64,000 nt of DNA from a virus (lineage: Duplodnaviria; Caudoviricetes), in IMG/VR virus record IMGVR_UViG_3300034374_009547, one strand, 5' to 3'. The notes beneath the pieces are model-generated. The model was not told where the DNA came from. It saw only the letters and a list, made by a program, of their open reading frames with translations, and did not search any database. The stretch's first letter is position 1. Each line of letters begins with the position of its first letter. Of this stretch, positions 37,782-46,758 are shown piece after piece. Position numbers and translations under genes: made by a program.

Positions 37782-38215
37782 AAGTAGGATTTACATGTAG
37801 TACATTTGATTTACTACACGCAGGACATATACAAATGTTACGTGAAGCAAAAGAACAATGTGATTATTTGTTAGTAGGATTACAAATTGACCCAAGTGTA
37901 GATAGAGCTGAAAAAAATGCACCAATACAAAGTATTGTAGAACGTTATACTCAACTAAAAGCAGTATCGTATGTAGACGAAATAGTTCCATATGCTACCG
38001 AAACTGACCTAAATGATATCTTGACAATGTATCATATAGATGTTAGAATATTAGGAGAAGAGTATCGTGAAAAGGATTTTACGGGCAAGGATATTTGCAA
38101 GAAGCGGGGTATCCAGCTATATTTCAACAAAAGAGATCACCGCTTCTCATCAAGCGATTTAAGAAAACGAGTATGCGAAAGGGAAAACAATGTGGACACT
38201 TTGGATCATAAGTAG
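37778..38215 (+). CDS. tagD: Glycerol-3-phosphate cytidylyltransferase-like (TagD)
   Basis: STFDLLHAGH, VGLQIDP, ER...V.YVDE and FSSSDLR motifs. Confidence 0.85.
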   Translation: MKVGFTCSTFDLLHAGHIQMLREAKEQCDYLLVGLQIDPSVDRAEKNAPIQSIVERYTQLKAVSYVDEIVPYATETDLNDILTMYHIDVRILGEEYREKDFTGKDICKKRGIQLYFNKRDHRFSSSDLRKRVCERENNVDTLDHK

Positions 38216-38354
38216 CGTGATTGACAGCGCAGAACCTAAACTCACTCAATATGAAACTTTTGAAACTGCTATGAGTTGTCATATTGAACAGGCTGTACTC
38301 GAAGCAGACTTTACACAAGAAGAAATAGCGTTCTGCGAGGACCCGAATGAATAA
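38190..38354 (+). CDS. Small hypothetical protein (54 aa, not in track)
   Basis: MWTLWIISSVIDSAEPK...SCH...FCE; fills the gap between neighbours. Confidence 0.5.
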   Translation: MWTLWIISSVIDSAEPKLTQYETFETAMSCHIEQAVLEADFTQEEIAFCEDPNE

Positions 38355-39060
38355 ATTTATTTTTGATGTGGACGGAACACTAACTCCGAGTAGACAAACT
38401 ATTGATCCAGAGTTTAAAGAGTTTTTCAAACACTTTATCCAAGATAACAAGGTTTGGCTTGTAACTGGTAGTGATTATGCTAAAACCGTAGAACAACTTG
38501 GAGAGGATATTTGTGAAAGTGTTGTAACCGTGTATAATTGTTCAGGAAACGATACATGGTTCAAAGGCAAACGTGTAAACAGCAAACCATTTGAAGCACC
38601 TAAAGAACTATATGATCTAATGAATGGCTGGTTGCAAGGTAGTCCATTTTCACTACGTACGGGTAATCATATTGAAGAACGCACAGGAACAATCAACTTT
38701 TCAATTGTAGGACGTAATTGTACGTTAGGAGAACGTAAATTATATATTAAGCATGATCTTGAAAATAGAGAACGTGAAAGTATTGCTTTTCAAATTAATA
38801 GTGAGTTTCCTAATATTACAGCAGCAGTTGGTGGCGAAACAGGTATTGACATATATCGCAAAGGTGGCGACAAAAGTCAAATACTAGAAGACTTTAATAA
38901 AAATGATAAGATTTATTTCTTTGGCGATCGTATGGAGCCAGGTGGCAATGATTGGCCATTAGCAGCAAAACTAAACAAACAAAGATGTTACAATGTAAAA
39001 GATTGGCGTGATACTATGGAACGGTTACAATACTTTCAAGAGGCGAAAATAGCAGCATGA
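38347..39060 (+). CDS. HAD-IIB phosphomannomutase-like (PMM2-type) enzyme
   Basis: FDVDGTL, TGSD, IEERTG.INFSIVGRN, GG...ID, FFGD...GGND. Confidence 0.85.
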   Translation: MNKFIFDVDGTLTPSRQTIDPEFKEFFKHFIQDNKVWLVTGSDYAKTVEQLGEDICESVVTVYNCSGNDTWFKGKRVNSKPFEAPKELYDLMNGWLQGSPFSLRTGNHIEERTGTINFSIVGRNCTLGERKLYIKHDLENRERESIAFQINSEFPNITAAVGGETGIDIYRKGGDKSQILEDFNKNDKIYFFGDRMEPGGNDWPLAAKLNKQRCYNVKDWRDTMERLQYFQEAKIAA

Positions 39061-39803
39061 TTATAGCAGGTCACGGATTTGTAGGTAAAGCATATGAATG
39101 GTTGTTTGCTAACTATAGAAGAAAAATAGAAATACATGATCCTGCAAAAGGGTTTACAGCTGACTTTGATAATACAAGTGCAGTAATTATTTGTGTACCA
39201 ACACCGCAAGCAGATGACGGCTCTTGTGATATGAGTGCAGTTTATGATGTAGTAGGCAAGTGTAGACCAGATACACCAATAATGATCAAAAGTACAATTA
39301 GTTTGCAAGGATGGTATGAACTTAAAGACCGCTTTCCAAATCATAAATTTTGTTTTAGCCCAGAGTTTTTAAGAGCAGCAAATCACATGATTGATATTAA
39401 AAATATGGATACCTTTATTATTAGTGGTGATACAGAATACTGGCGTGATCAAATTAGTTACAACTGGCCACATATGCGTATACGCACCGTAAAACCTGAA
39501 GAAGCTATAGCAATAAAATATTTTAGAAATGCTTTTTTAGCAACTAAAGTTAGTTTTTTCAATGAAATATATGACTTTTGTTCAGCATACGATATCAGCT
39601 TTGATCAAGTTCAAGGCGGTATTATAGCAGATAAAAGAATAGGAGAAAGTCATAGTTACGTATGGCCAGATGAAGGGGTAAGAGGTTGGGGAGGATATTG
39701 TTTTCCAAAAGACACCAGTGCTCTATTAAAAATGGCAGCAGAAAAAAATATTAATCTAAATACACTAGAAGCAGCAGTTGAATACAATAAAAAAATACGT
39801 TGA
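39057..39803 (+). CDS. UDP-glucose/GDP-mannose 6-dehydrogenase-like protein lacking the C-terminal domain
   Basis: GHGFVG, CVPTP, IKST, SPEFLR, K...NAFLA.KVSF.NE and GGYCFPKD motifs. Confidence 0.85.
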   Translation: MIIAGHGFVGKAYEWLFANYRRKIEIHDPAKGFTADFDNTSAVIICVPTPQADDGSCDMSAVYDVVGKCRPDTPIMIKSTISLQGWYELKDRFPNHKFCFSPEFLRAANHMIDIKNMDTFIISGDTEYWRDQISYNWPHMRIRTVKPEEAIAIKYFRNAFLATKVSFFNEIYDFCSAYDISFDQVQGGIIADKRIGESHSYVWPDEGVRGWGGYCFPKDTSALLKMAAEKNINLNTLEAAVEYNKKIR

Positions 39804-39828
39804 CAATCAACAACTTAGGCAGTATAAT
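39800..39828 (+). promoter_or_regulatory. Consensus sigma70 promoter TTGACA-N17-TATAAT
   Basis: Perfect consensus; heads the clamp-dpdA block. Confidence 0.8.
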
Positions 39829-39848
39829 AAGAAACATAGGAGAAACAT

Positions 39849-40580
39849 ATGAAAGACATTCTACAAGACATTGTAAGCCATACACATTCGTTAGGCATTA
39901 TTTCAACACTTAAAATTACAACAGAAAATGATATCACAACTATTGAAAGTATGGCAGACGATAGAAGTGTTATTATGACAGCAACAACACATTCACCAGT
40001 AGGCGAATTTGTAGGTACATTTGGTATGCCTGATTTAGGTAAACTAGCTTATCATTTAAAAAATCCAATGTACAGAGAAAATGCTAAAATTGAAGTAATA
40101 AGTGCAGAACGCAACGGTGAAGTTGTTCCAACACATATTCACTTTGAAAACGATACAGGTGACTTTAAAAACGATTATCGTTTTATGATTAAAGAAATTA
40201 TCGAAGAAAAAATTAAAAAGTTTAGTTTTAAAGTTAATACATATGATGTAGAAATCCAGCCAAGAATTGGTAAAATTGAACAAATGAAATACATGCAAGG
40301 CGGACACACAGAAGAAACGGTGTTCCAAGTTAAAACTGAAAATGATAACTTGGTATTTTATTTTGGTGATGATGTAACACACGCAGGTAACTTTGTATTT
40401 GAGCAAGGTATTACTGGAAAACTAACACATACATGGGCATGGCCTGTTTCACAAACTATTGCTATTTTGAACTTGGATGGTGATAAAACTATGAGCATCA
40501 CAGACCAAGGTGCTATGAAGATTAGTGTAGACAGCGGCATGGCAAAATACGATTACATTCTACCGGCTCAACAAAAATAA
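39849..40580 (+). CDS. Putative sliding clamp (gp45/PCNA-like)
   Basis: 243 aa, alternating beta/alpha, C-terminal YDYILPA resembling the PCNA terminus; PolB and clamp loader are in the window. Confidence 0.55.
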   Translation: MKDILQDIVSHTHSLGIISTLKITTENDITTIESMADDRSVIMTATTHSPVGEFVGTFGMPDLGKLAYHLKNPMYRENAKIEVISAERNGEVVPTHIHFENDTGDFKNDYRFMIKEIIEEKIKKFSFKVNTYDVEIQPRIGKIEQMKYMQGGHTEETVFQVKTENDNLVFYFGDDVTHAGNFVFEQGITGKLTHTWAWPVSQTIAILNLDGDKTMSITDQGAMKISVDSGMAKYDYILPAQQK

Positions 40581-42136
40581 TGAAAACAAACCTAACTGAA
40601 ACACAAAAAGATTATGCAGTATTTTTACCTAGTATTAGCGGCTTTTATGGCACGTTTGTAGGTAAACAAAGATATGAAGATTATGTTGATCCTTCTCGTG
40701 TTCCAGCAGGTTTAGGCAATGTAGAAAGTCTTAATTTTTTAAATCCTAAAGACGGAGCATTCCATTACAAGTGGGCGCTCTATTCTGCTGGTCACGCAGA
40801 TTTAGATACGACTAAATTTGTTGATAAAGAAGATATGGTGCGTAACCGTGATAGAGATAATTCATGGTTGCTAGGCGACTCAGGTGGTTTCCAAATTGCT
40901 AAAGGGTTGTGGCCCGGTGACTGGACTAGCGAAACTTGTCCACATGCAAATAAAAAACGTGAGCTTGTTGTAAACTGGATGGAAGAATACATGGACTACG
41001 GAATGATGCTTGATATTCCTACATGGACCTTCCAAAGTGCAAAAGCAAGTAAAGCAACTAACATAAAAAGTTATGATGATGCTGTAAAAGCTACTCATAT
41101 TAATGCACGTTATTACATGAAACATAGACGTGGTAACTTTAAGGTATTAAACGTACTACAAGGCAGTAATCATACTAATGCCGATAGTTGGTATGAAGAA
41201 TTCAAAGGTTATTGTGATCCAAAACAATATCCAGATACACACTTTAATGGCTGGGCAATGGGTGGTCAAAACATGTGTGATGTTCATTTGATTTTACGCA
41301 GACTTGTACACATGATACACGATGGATTACTTGAACAAGGGCTGCATGATGTAATGCACTTCTTGGGCACAAGTAAACTAGAATGGGCTGTGTTACTTAC
41401 TGACATACAACGAGCTGTTCGCAAATATCATAATCCTAACTTTATGATTACATATGATTGTGCATCTCCTTTTCTTGCAACAGCAAACGGTCAAATTTAT
41501 CATAACATTAGATTAGATCACAAAGGCAAATGGAGTTATATTATGAGTCCAGGTGCTGACGCTTTGAAATATGCTAGTGATACTAGAAGTTTTATAGACG
41601 CAGTACTACAAGATGGCTTATTACCTACATTTGAAGAATCTCCTGTTAGTCAACACTGCAAAATGAATGATATTTGCATTTATGCTCCAGGCGATAAAAA
41701 CAAAGTTGGTACTATTAAAGTTGAAAAAGGTAAGCCAGAACTTGATAAACAAGGTAATCCTTTACTAGACGATAACGGAAATCCAATTATTATGCGTAAA
41801 GATAGCACAAGTTGGGATTCATTTAGTTATGCGCTACAAATGGGTCATAATGTTTGGATGCATATTGAAAGTACACAACGTGCAAACGAGCGTTATGATG
41901 CAGGAGAATATCCTTACATGATGGTATACGAACCAAGTATTAGACATGTGTTTAGAGATATTGTCAATGAAATCTTTGCACAAAAAGATCGTGAAAAAAG
42001 TCTTGCAGTTATTAACAAATATGGTGACGATAAATCGCTAAGTATTTGGACACACATTATTGGTACTAGATTGAAAGTTGGTAAGAAAACAATAACACCG
42101 GAAGCAAAAGCAGACGAATTATTTGATTGGGGTTGA
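40580..42136 (+). CDS. dpdA: TGT-fold guanine transglycosylase (DpdA-like, DNA 7-deazaguanine insertion)
   Basis: LGDSGGFQ, MMLDIP, VLQG, GWAMGG, MHFLG and YDCASP motifs of the TGT superfamily; linked to folE/queE/queD-like genes. Confidence 0.75.
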   Translation: MKTNLTETQKDYAVFLPSISGFYGTFVGKQRYEDYVDPSRVPAGLGNVESLNFLNPKDGAFHYKWALYSAGHADLDTTKFVDKEDMVRNRDRDNSWLLGDSGGFQIAKGLWPGDWTSETCPHANKKRELVVNWMEEYMDYGMMLDIPTWTFQSAKASKATNIKSYDDAVKATHINARYYMKHRRGNFKVLNVLQGSNHTNADSWYEEFKGYCDPKQYPDTHFNGWAMGGQNMCDVHLILRRLVHMIHDGLLEQGLHDVMHFLGTSKLEWAVLLTDIQRAVRKYHNPNFMITYDCASPFLATANGQIYHNIRLDHKGKWSYIMSPGADALKYASDTRSFIDAVLQDGLLPTFEESPVSQHCKMNDICIYAPGDKNKVGTIKVEKGKPELDKQGNPLLDDNGNPIIMRKDSTSWDSFSYALQMGHNVWMHIESTQRANERYDAGEYPYMMVYEPSIRHVFRDIVNEIFAQKDREKSLAVINKYGDDKSLSIWTHIIGTRLKVGKKTITPEAKADELFDWG

Positions 42137-42137
42137 T

Positions 42138-42359
42138 ATGAGTAACTTTACAGATGAAAAAGATAAACTAAAAAGCTACTTAGAAGAATTAAAACGAAAA
42201 CACAAAAAATTACATGAACAAATTGATCAATATCACGGTATTGAAGTCACTCCAGAAATAAGAAAACTTAAAACACATAAACTTTTTATAAAAGATGAAA
42301 TGCATAGAATTCAAACAAAACTTGAAAACTTAGGACATTACAAAAATGGACGAGCATGA
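42138..42359 (+). CDS. Small coiled-coil protein (DUF465/YdcH-like)
   Basis: LKRKHKKLHEQID...LKTHKL.IKDE. Confidence 0.55.
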   Translation: MSNFTDEKDKLKSYLEELKRKHKKLHEQIDQYHGIEVTPEIRKLKTHKLFIKDEMHRIQTKLENLGHYKNGRA

Positions 42360-42516
42360 AAAGAAAGTTAGATTAGAACATATTGATATGGCTTTAGAAG
42401 AACTTGATAAAATCATTGACACAATGAATAAAAAAGGCTATAGTAATGAAAAAATAAACGAGTTTAACAAACAACGTTGGAATCTTTGGAATGAAAGGTA
42501 TAGGCTTAAACAATGA
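42346..42516 (+). CDS. Small hypothetical protein (56 aa, not in track)
   Basis: Open frame; ATGA overlap with the next gene. Confidence 0.5.
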   Translation: MDEHEKKVRLEHIDMALEELDKIIDTMNKKGYSNEKINEFNKQRWNLWNERYRLKQ

Positions 42517-43019
42517 AACGAGATTATGATAGTGGTGTAACATCAGAAGGTGTAAACTTTTTTGTTGGTACTGAAGTAGAACACACACCGCAGTTTGGTA
42601 AGAAAACACTTTTTGTTGTAGGTGTACAAAACTTTGAAGAAATTGTAGAACACGCAGATAAAGCGGGTGTAGATCATATTTACTTGGGTGCTAATATGAG
42701 TTGGAGCAAGGACGAGTCTTGGGACGAAATGGTATTTCCATTGTTGAAAGACGGTTACTGGGTAACACTAGATTTTCCTGTGCAAGACATTGAATGGGTG
42801 CTAGAGTGCGGCTATACAGAATACAATCGCTTTATTCCAATGATTAGCGTAAAAATGCCTTACATTGATCTACTAGGTTACAATGCTTGTTTAAAAGTAG
42901 ATGACAAGGATTTTGATGCTACTAATCCAGGTGTATGGGTACATCGTGTACATGATTTAAAAGATAAATCAAAGTTTACAGATTGGTCTAAATACACCAC
43001 AGATGAAATTATCGCTTGA
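42513..43019 (+). CDS. Conserved hypothetical protein in the dpdA locus
   Basis: G.EVEHTP.FG..TLFV and NPGVWVH motifs. Confidence 0.65.
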   Translation: MKRDYDSGVTSEGVNFFVGTEVEHTPQFGKKTLFVVGVQNFEEIVEHADKAGVDHIYLGANMSWSKDESWDEMVFPLLKDGYWVTLDFPVQDIEWVLECGYTEYNRFIPMISVKMPYIDLLGYNACLKVDDKDFDATNPGVWVHRVHDLKDKSKFTDWSKYTTDEIIA

Positions 43020-43044
43020 CAATATGCAACAAGAACGTTATTAT
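43016..43044 (+). promoter_or_regulatory. Sigma70-like promoter TTGACA-N17-TATTAT
   Basis: Exact spacing; overlaps the annotated start of the QueD-like ORF, so the true start may lie downstream. Confidence 0.55.
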
Positions 43045-43473
43045 GAATATATGAAACGGCGCAACAGAGAAGAGGACGCTAAATTGAACGCATTAGAAAA
43101 TGCAAAACGCAGTATTTGGGTAACTTTTACAAAAGAAGGTATCCACAAGTATCCAGCAGCACTGGAAGATCCAGCACTGGCAACAGGTGATGAATATGAT
43201 GTAAGTTTCTTAGGTTATCCACATCGTCATATGTTCCATTTTAAAGTGCAAATTCAAGTTACACACAATGACCGTGACATTGAATTTATCCAGTTCAAAC
43301 GATGGCTGGAATCATTGTATGCAGGAGACATCTTGCAACTAGATTACAAGAGCTGTGAAATGATTGCAGACGACTTGTACACACAAATTAACAGCAAATA
43401 TCCCGGCCGGTTTGTTGTTATTGATGTCGCCGAAGATGGCGAAAACGGCTGTCAAATTGTATACCCAGCATAA
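43024..43473 (+). CDS. queD: QueD/PTPS-like T-fold protein (putative 6-carboxytetrahydropterin synthase)
   Basis: H...HRHMFHFKV zinc-His pattern and SCE(M) motif; location in the folE/queE/dpdA locus; divergent. Confidence 0.55.
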   Translation: MQQERYYEYMKRRNREEDAKLNALENAKRSIWVTFTKEGIHKYPAALEDPALATGDEYDVSFLGYPHRHMFHFKVQIQVTHNDRDIEFIQFKRWLESLYAGDILQLDYKSCEMIADDLYTQINSKYPGRFVVIDVAEDGENGCQIVYPA

Positions 43474-43487
43474 AGGAAAAAGGTATA

Positions 43488-43676
43488 ATGACTATCTCTA
43501 ATCCGGTAGTAAATAAAATTTTTAACGATCTTGAGGAACTGCACGACTTCTGCAGAACTGAAGGTTATCCATTTAACCAAGCAGATTTGTATAAGAAAGA
43601 TGCTCGTGTATGGCAGGCATTTCAAAAATACAAAAATTGGGTCCGTGCTAGAAATCGCACCAAAGGACGCAAATAA
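43488..43676 (+). CDS. Hypothetical protein
   Basis: AAGGA RBS; TAATG coupling. Confidence 0.6.
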   Translation: MTISNPVVNKIFNDLEELHDFCRTEGYPFNQADLYKKDARVWQAFQKYKNWVRARNRTKGRK

Positions 43677-44851
43677 TGCGTAAGCTGTTTTACATGGGCT
43701 TAGAGCCCTATGAAGGCAGGTACACATTACAACTTGAAGAATGGAGTAGGCGTGCGTTTCAACGCCGCTCCATTGATTGGGTTAATGTACCTGGTACAAC
43801 TATTGACAATACAAAAGCAATTCAAGTAGGCCAAGTGTTAGATGCACATGGCCGTTCCTACTTTGCAATGTCGCAAATGATGAACTTGGTGCAAATGATG
43901 CGTAACGGTGAAGTTACAGGCGAAGATGTAGTTTTCTTTGAAGATATGTTCCAGCCTGGTATGGAATCGCTTCCGTATATTATGGATCAGATTCCCACTG
44001 AGCAACGTCCACAGGTTTGGATTCGTTGTTTAGCACAAGCAGTTGATCCAGATGACTTTGTGCATGTTTGGGGCATGGGCAAGTGGATGAGTTTGTATGA
44101 AGAAATGTGCAACGAGTTTGTTACTGGCGTACTAGCAAGTAATGAAGAAATGGTTGCACACATGAAGATTGCAAACTGGAAGGCTCCTATCTACAATGTT
44201 TCAGGTCTTGCATTTGATAAAACAGAAGTTGCTCTACGTGTTGGCGAGATCAACACTTGGGAAAAGCGTGACAATCGTGTGGTATTTGCAGCACGTTTTG
44301 ATCAAGAAAAACAACCAGACTTTTATATGGATTTGATTGAAGAATGGTATGGTACACCAGGTACAGCAGACGTGGAGTTTTGCATTGTGCAAGGTGGCCC
44401 GCTACGCAGTAACAATCAAAAGTATATTGATCGTGCCCGCAAAATGGAAGAGCGTGGACAACTGGTAATTTATGAAAACTTGAAAAAGAATCATTACTAT
44501 GATATTGTAAATCGTAGTAAAGTTTTGTTCAATTGTGCTTTGCAGGATTGGACAAGCAATACGGTAAGCGAAGCAGATGCATTAGGATGCAATGTGTTGT
44601 TTCCAGCGTATCGCAGTTTTCCAGAAATCTTTGCTAATGATCATACACGCATGTATGTGCCTTGGAGTGTTGAAGATGCAATGAACAAGTTAACGCCATT
44701 ACTAAAAAGCGCACATAAAGACTTAGGTAAGATAAGCGATTGGACTAGTGCAACTATTGATCGTTATATTGATATTATGCAAGGTAACGGTGAACAATGG
44801 CGTAGAGATAGCAATCGTTATCGTGATTATGTTGCGGAGACAAAATATTGA
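43676..44851 (+). CDS. GT-B fold glycosyltransferase
   Basis: FAARFDQEKQP, NCALQDWTSNTVSEADALGCNVLFP (E-x7-E-like region replaced by D-x7-E). Confidence 0.75.
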   Translation: MRKLFYMGLEPYEGRYTLQLEEWSRRAFQRRSIDWVNVPGTTIDNTKAIQVGQVLDAHGRSYFAMSQMMNLVQMMRNGEVTGEDVVFFEDMFQPGMESLPYIMDQIPTEQRPQVWIRCLAQAVDPDDFVHVWGMGKWMSLYEEMCNEFVTGVLASNEEMVAHMKIANWKAPIYNVSGLAFDKTEVALRVGEINTWEKRDNRVVFAARFDQEKQPDFYMDLIEEWYGTPGTADVEFCIVQGGPLRSNNQKYIDRARKMEERGQLVIYENLKKNHYYDIVNRSKVLFNCALQDWTSNTVSEADALGCNVLFPAYRSFPEIFANDHTRMYVPWSVEDAMNKLTPLLKSAHKDLGKISDWTSATIDRYIDIMQGNGEQWRRDSNRYRDYVAETKY

Positions 44852-45714
44852 GAGTATTGGTCACAGGTGCTACAGGTTATATTGGCAGTCATGTTTGTAA
44901 ACTACTAAAAGAGCATGGACATCACGTTACTGCTTGGGATATAAATATTCATGGTGAATACAATGACATCATGGCATATTGTGACCATTATTCTTCTTAT
45001 GATATAACTAAGTTTGTACATGGTGGCTTTGACGCCGTTGTACACTTAGCAGGACGCAGTGTAGTACCTGATAGTTTACGTGAACCTACAGAATATTATC
45101 GTGTAAACGTGATGGGTACTGCAAACTTGTTAGATCGTGTCGAAACACCACACATACTATTTGCAAGCACTAGTAGTGCTTGGGAAATGGCATCACCATA
45201 TGCACGTAGCAAAGTGGCAGCAGAAGATGTAATTAAGGAGAAAGCCAATGGATACACTATCTTTAGATTTTTTAACGTATCTGGTACTGACGGGCATAAT
45301 CGTCAACTGGGCGTTCCTACCCATCTTATTCGTGTTGCTGCTATGGTGGCTGCTGAAAAACTACCCAACATTAAGATCTTTGGTACGGACTATGATACTA
45401 GGGATGGTACTTGTATTCGTGATTATATTCATGTTGTTGATTTGGCTCGTGCCATTGTCAACGGAGTGGAACGAGGTCCAGCCAATACGGACTATGAGTG
45501 CCTTGGTAGCAACGTAGGTTATAGTGTACGAGAAGTAATCAGTACTATGGAGCAAGTTACTGGTAAAAAGTTAAATATCATTGAAGCAGAACGCAGAGAA
45601 GGCGATGCTGTTGCCAGTGTTGTAGACAACCTAAGTGATCTAGTTACACTGGAAAAAAGCATCGAAGATATGTGTTTGGATCAATACAAATTGGAAGTTG
45701 GTAAAAATGGATGA
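44848..45714 (+). CDS. galE: UDP-glucose 4-epimerase (extended SDR)
   Basis: TGATGYIG, YARSK, FRFFNV, GTCIRDYIHVVDLA. Confidence 0.9.
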   Translation: MRVLVTGATGYIGSHVCKLLKEHGHHVTAWDINIHGEYNDIMAYCDHYSSYDITKFVHGGFDAVVHLAGRSVVPDSLREPTEYYRVNVMGTANLLDRVETPHILFASTSSAWEMASPYARSKVAAEDVIKEKANGYTIFRFFNVSGTDGHNRQLGVPTHLIRVAAMVAAEKLPNIKIFGTDYDTRDGTCIRDYIHVVDLARAIVNGVERGPANTDYECLGSNVGYSVREVISTMEQVTGKKLNIIEAERREGDAVASVVDNLSDLVTLEKSIEDMCLDQYKLEVGKNG

Positions 45715-45937
45715 ATTAGTAGCACAAAGTAAAGTTATTATTGAACATTTAGATAATGGCGACTTGATGAGTTGTTATAGTGTTTTTGAAGCTAATATTA
45801 GAAATATTCTAGATGACTTAGATCAAGATACAAAACTGGTACAACTTTGGCAAACTCAAAGAGGATATGTCGATGATGAAGACTGGGCCTCAGTTATGGA
45901 AAATATTGAAAACATTCGAGCAGTTGTAAATGCGTGA
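45707..45937 (+). CDS. Hypothetical protein
   Basis: Coupled acidic ORF. Confidence 0.55.
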   Translation: MDELVAQSKVIIEHLDNGDLMSCYSVFEANIRNILDDLDQDTKLVQLWQTQRGYVDDEDWASVMENIENIRAVVNA

Positions 45938-46277
45938 TCACAACAACGATACTATTACAATTACAACTGATGATTTGGATAAATCAGGCGTAACAATTCA
46001 AGGTCATTATTATGGAAATACTATTGATATAGGCACTATATCAACAAGCACACTTGAATACAATGGAATTGATGATTTAGTTTCGCTTGATGATTTTTCG
46101 ATTACACTAAATGATCCTGTTGAGTTTGAAGATCGTATGCCCGATGTTGCCAAGATAGAAGACATGTGCAATGATTATCCAGCACTAGCAAAAGCATATG
46201 AAAATTTTAAAACTATGTATGCTATGGTGCATCAAGACTGGAAAGGTCGACAAGAGGATGACCCACTTCCATTTTAA
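45930..46277 (+). CDS. Hypothetical protein
   Basis: GTG start; YPAL.KAYE.FK..Y motif. Confidence 0.6.
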   Translation: MRDHNNDTITITTDDLDKSGVTIQGHYYGNTIDIGTISTSTLEYNGIDDLVSLDDFSITLNDPVEFEDRMPDVAKIEDMCNDYPALAKAYENFKTMYAMVHQDWKGRQEDDPLPF

Positions 46278-46758
46278 CATAGAACCTGTATGGAATATGG
46301 AACGCTATCGTGCGTTAGACTATAAACTAGACCATCATAAAGATACAAATTTAATACAAAAATATTTAGATGCAGGGCATAGTGCAGAGGCTATGACCCT
46401 GTATAACTATTTTGAACCAAATCCTATGCCACCAAGTATAGAATATATTTGCAGTTATTTTCCTACACTTAAAAACATTTCAATTGCAGTCAACCTATTT
46501 AAGCCAGGACAATATTTGCCTGTACATACAGATCTATATGGTGCATATAAAAAATATCATGGTTTGACAAACGAAACAATTTATAGATATATTGTTATGC
46601 TAGAAGATGGTGTAGAAGGACAAATGTCTGTAATTGGAAACAGAGTTTACACCATGTGGAAAGCAGGACAAATATACGGCTGGCAAGATGATGAAAAACA
46701 CACATTTTATAACTTGAGTACAAAGGATAGATATGCAGTCCAAATTACAGGCACATAA
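46258..46758 (+). CDS. 2OG-Fe(II) oxygenase / cupin-like protein
   Basis: PGQYLPVHTD (HxD), R.IVML, G...W...H distal His; GAGG RBS before ATG 46258. Confidence 0.65.
   Translation: MTHFHFNIEPVWNMERYRALDYKLDHHKDTNLIQKYLDAGHSAEAMTLYNYFEPNPMPPSIEYICSYFPTLKNISIAVNLFKPGQYLPVHTDLYGAYKKYHGLTNETIYRYIVMLEDGVEGQMSVIGNRVYTMWKAGQIYGWQDDEKHTFYNLSTKDRYAVQITGT

Noticed and set aside
40580-42136. Calling this gene a canonical tRNA-guanine transglycosylase (tgt)
   Set aside because: No CxCxxC...H zinc motif of bacterial TGT recognised, long insertions, and replication-gene context favour a DNA-acting DpdA-like enzyme; not proven
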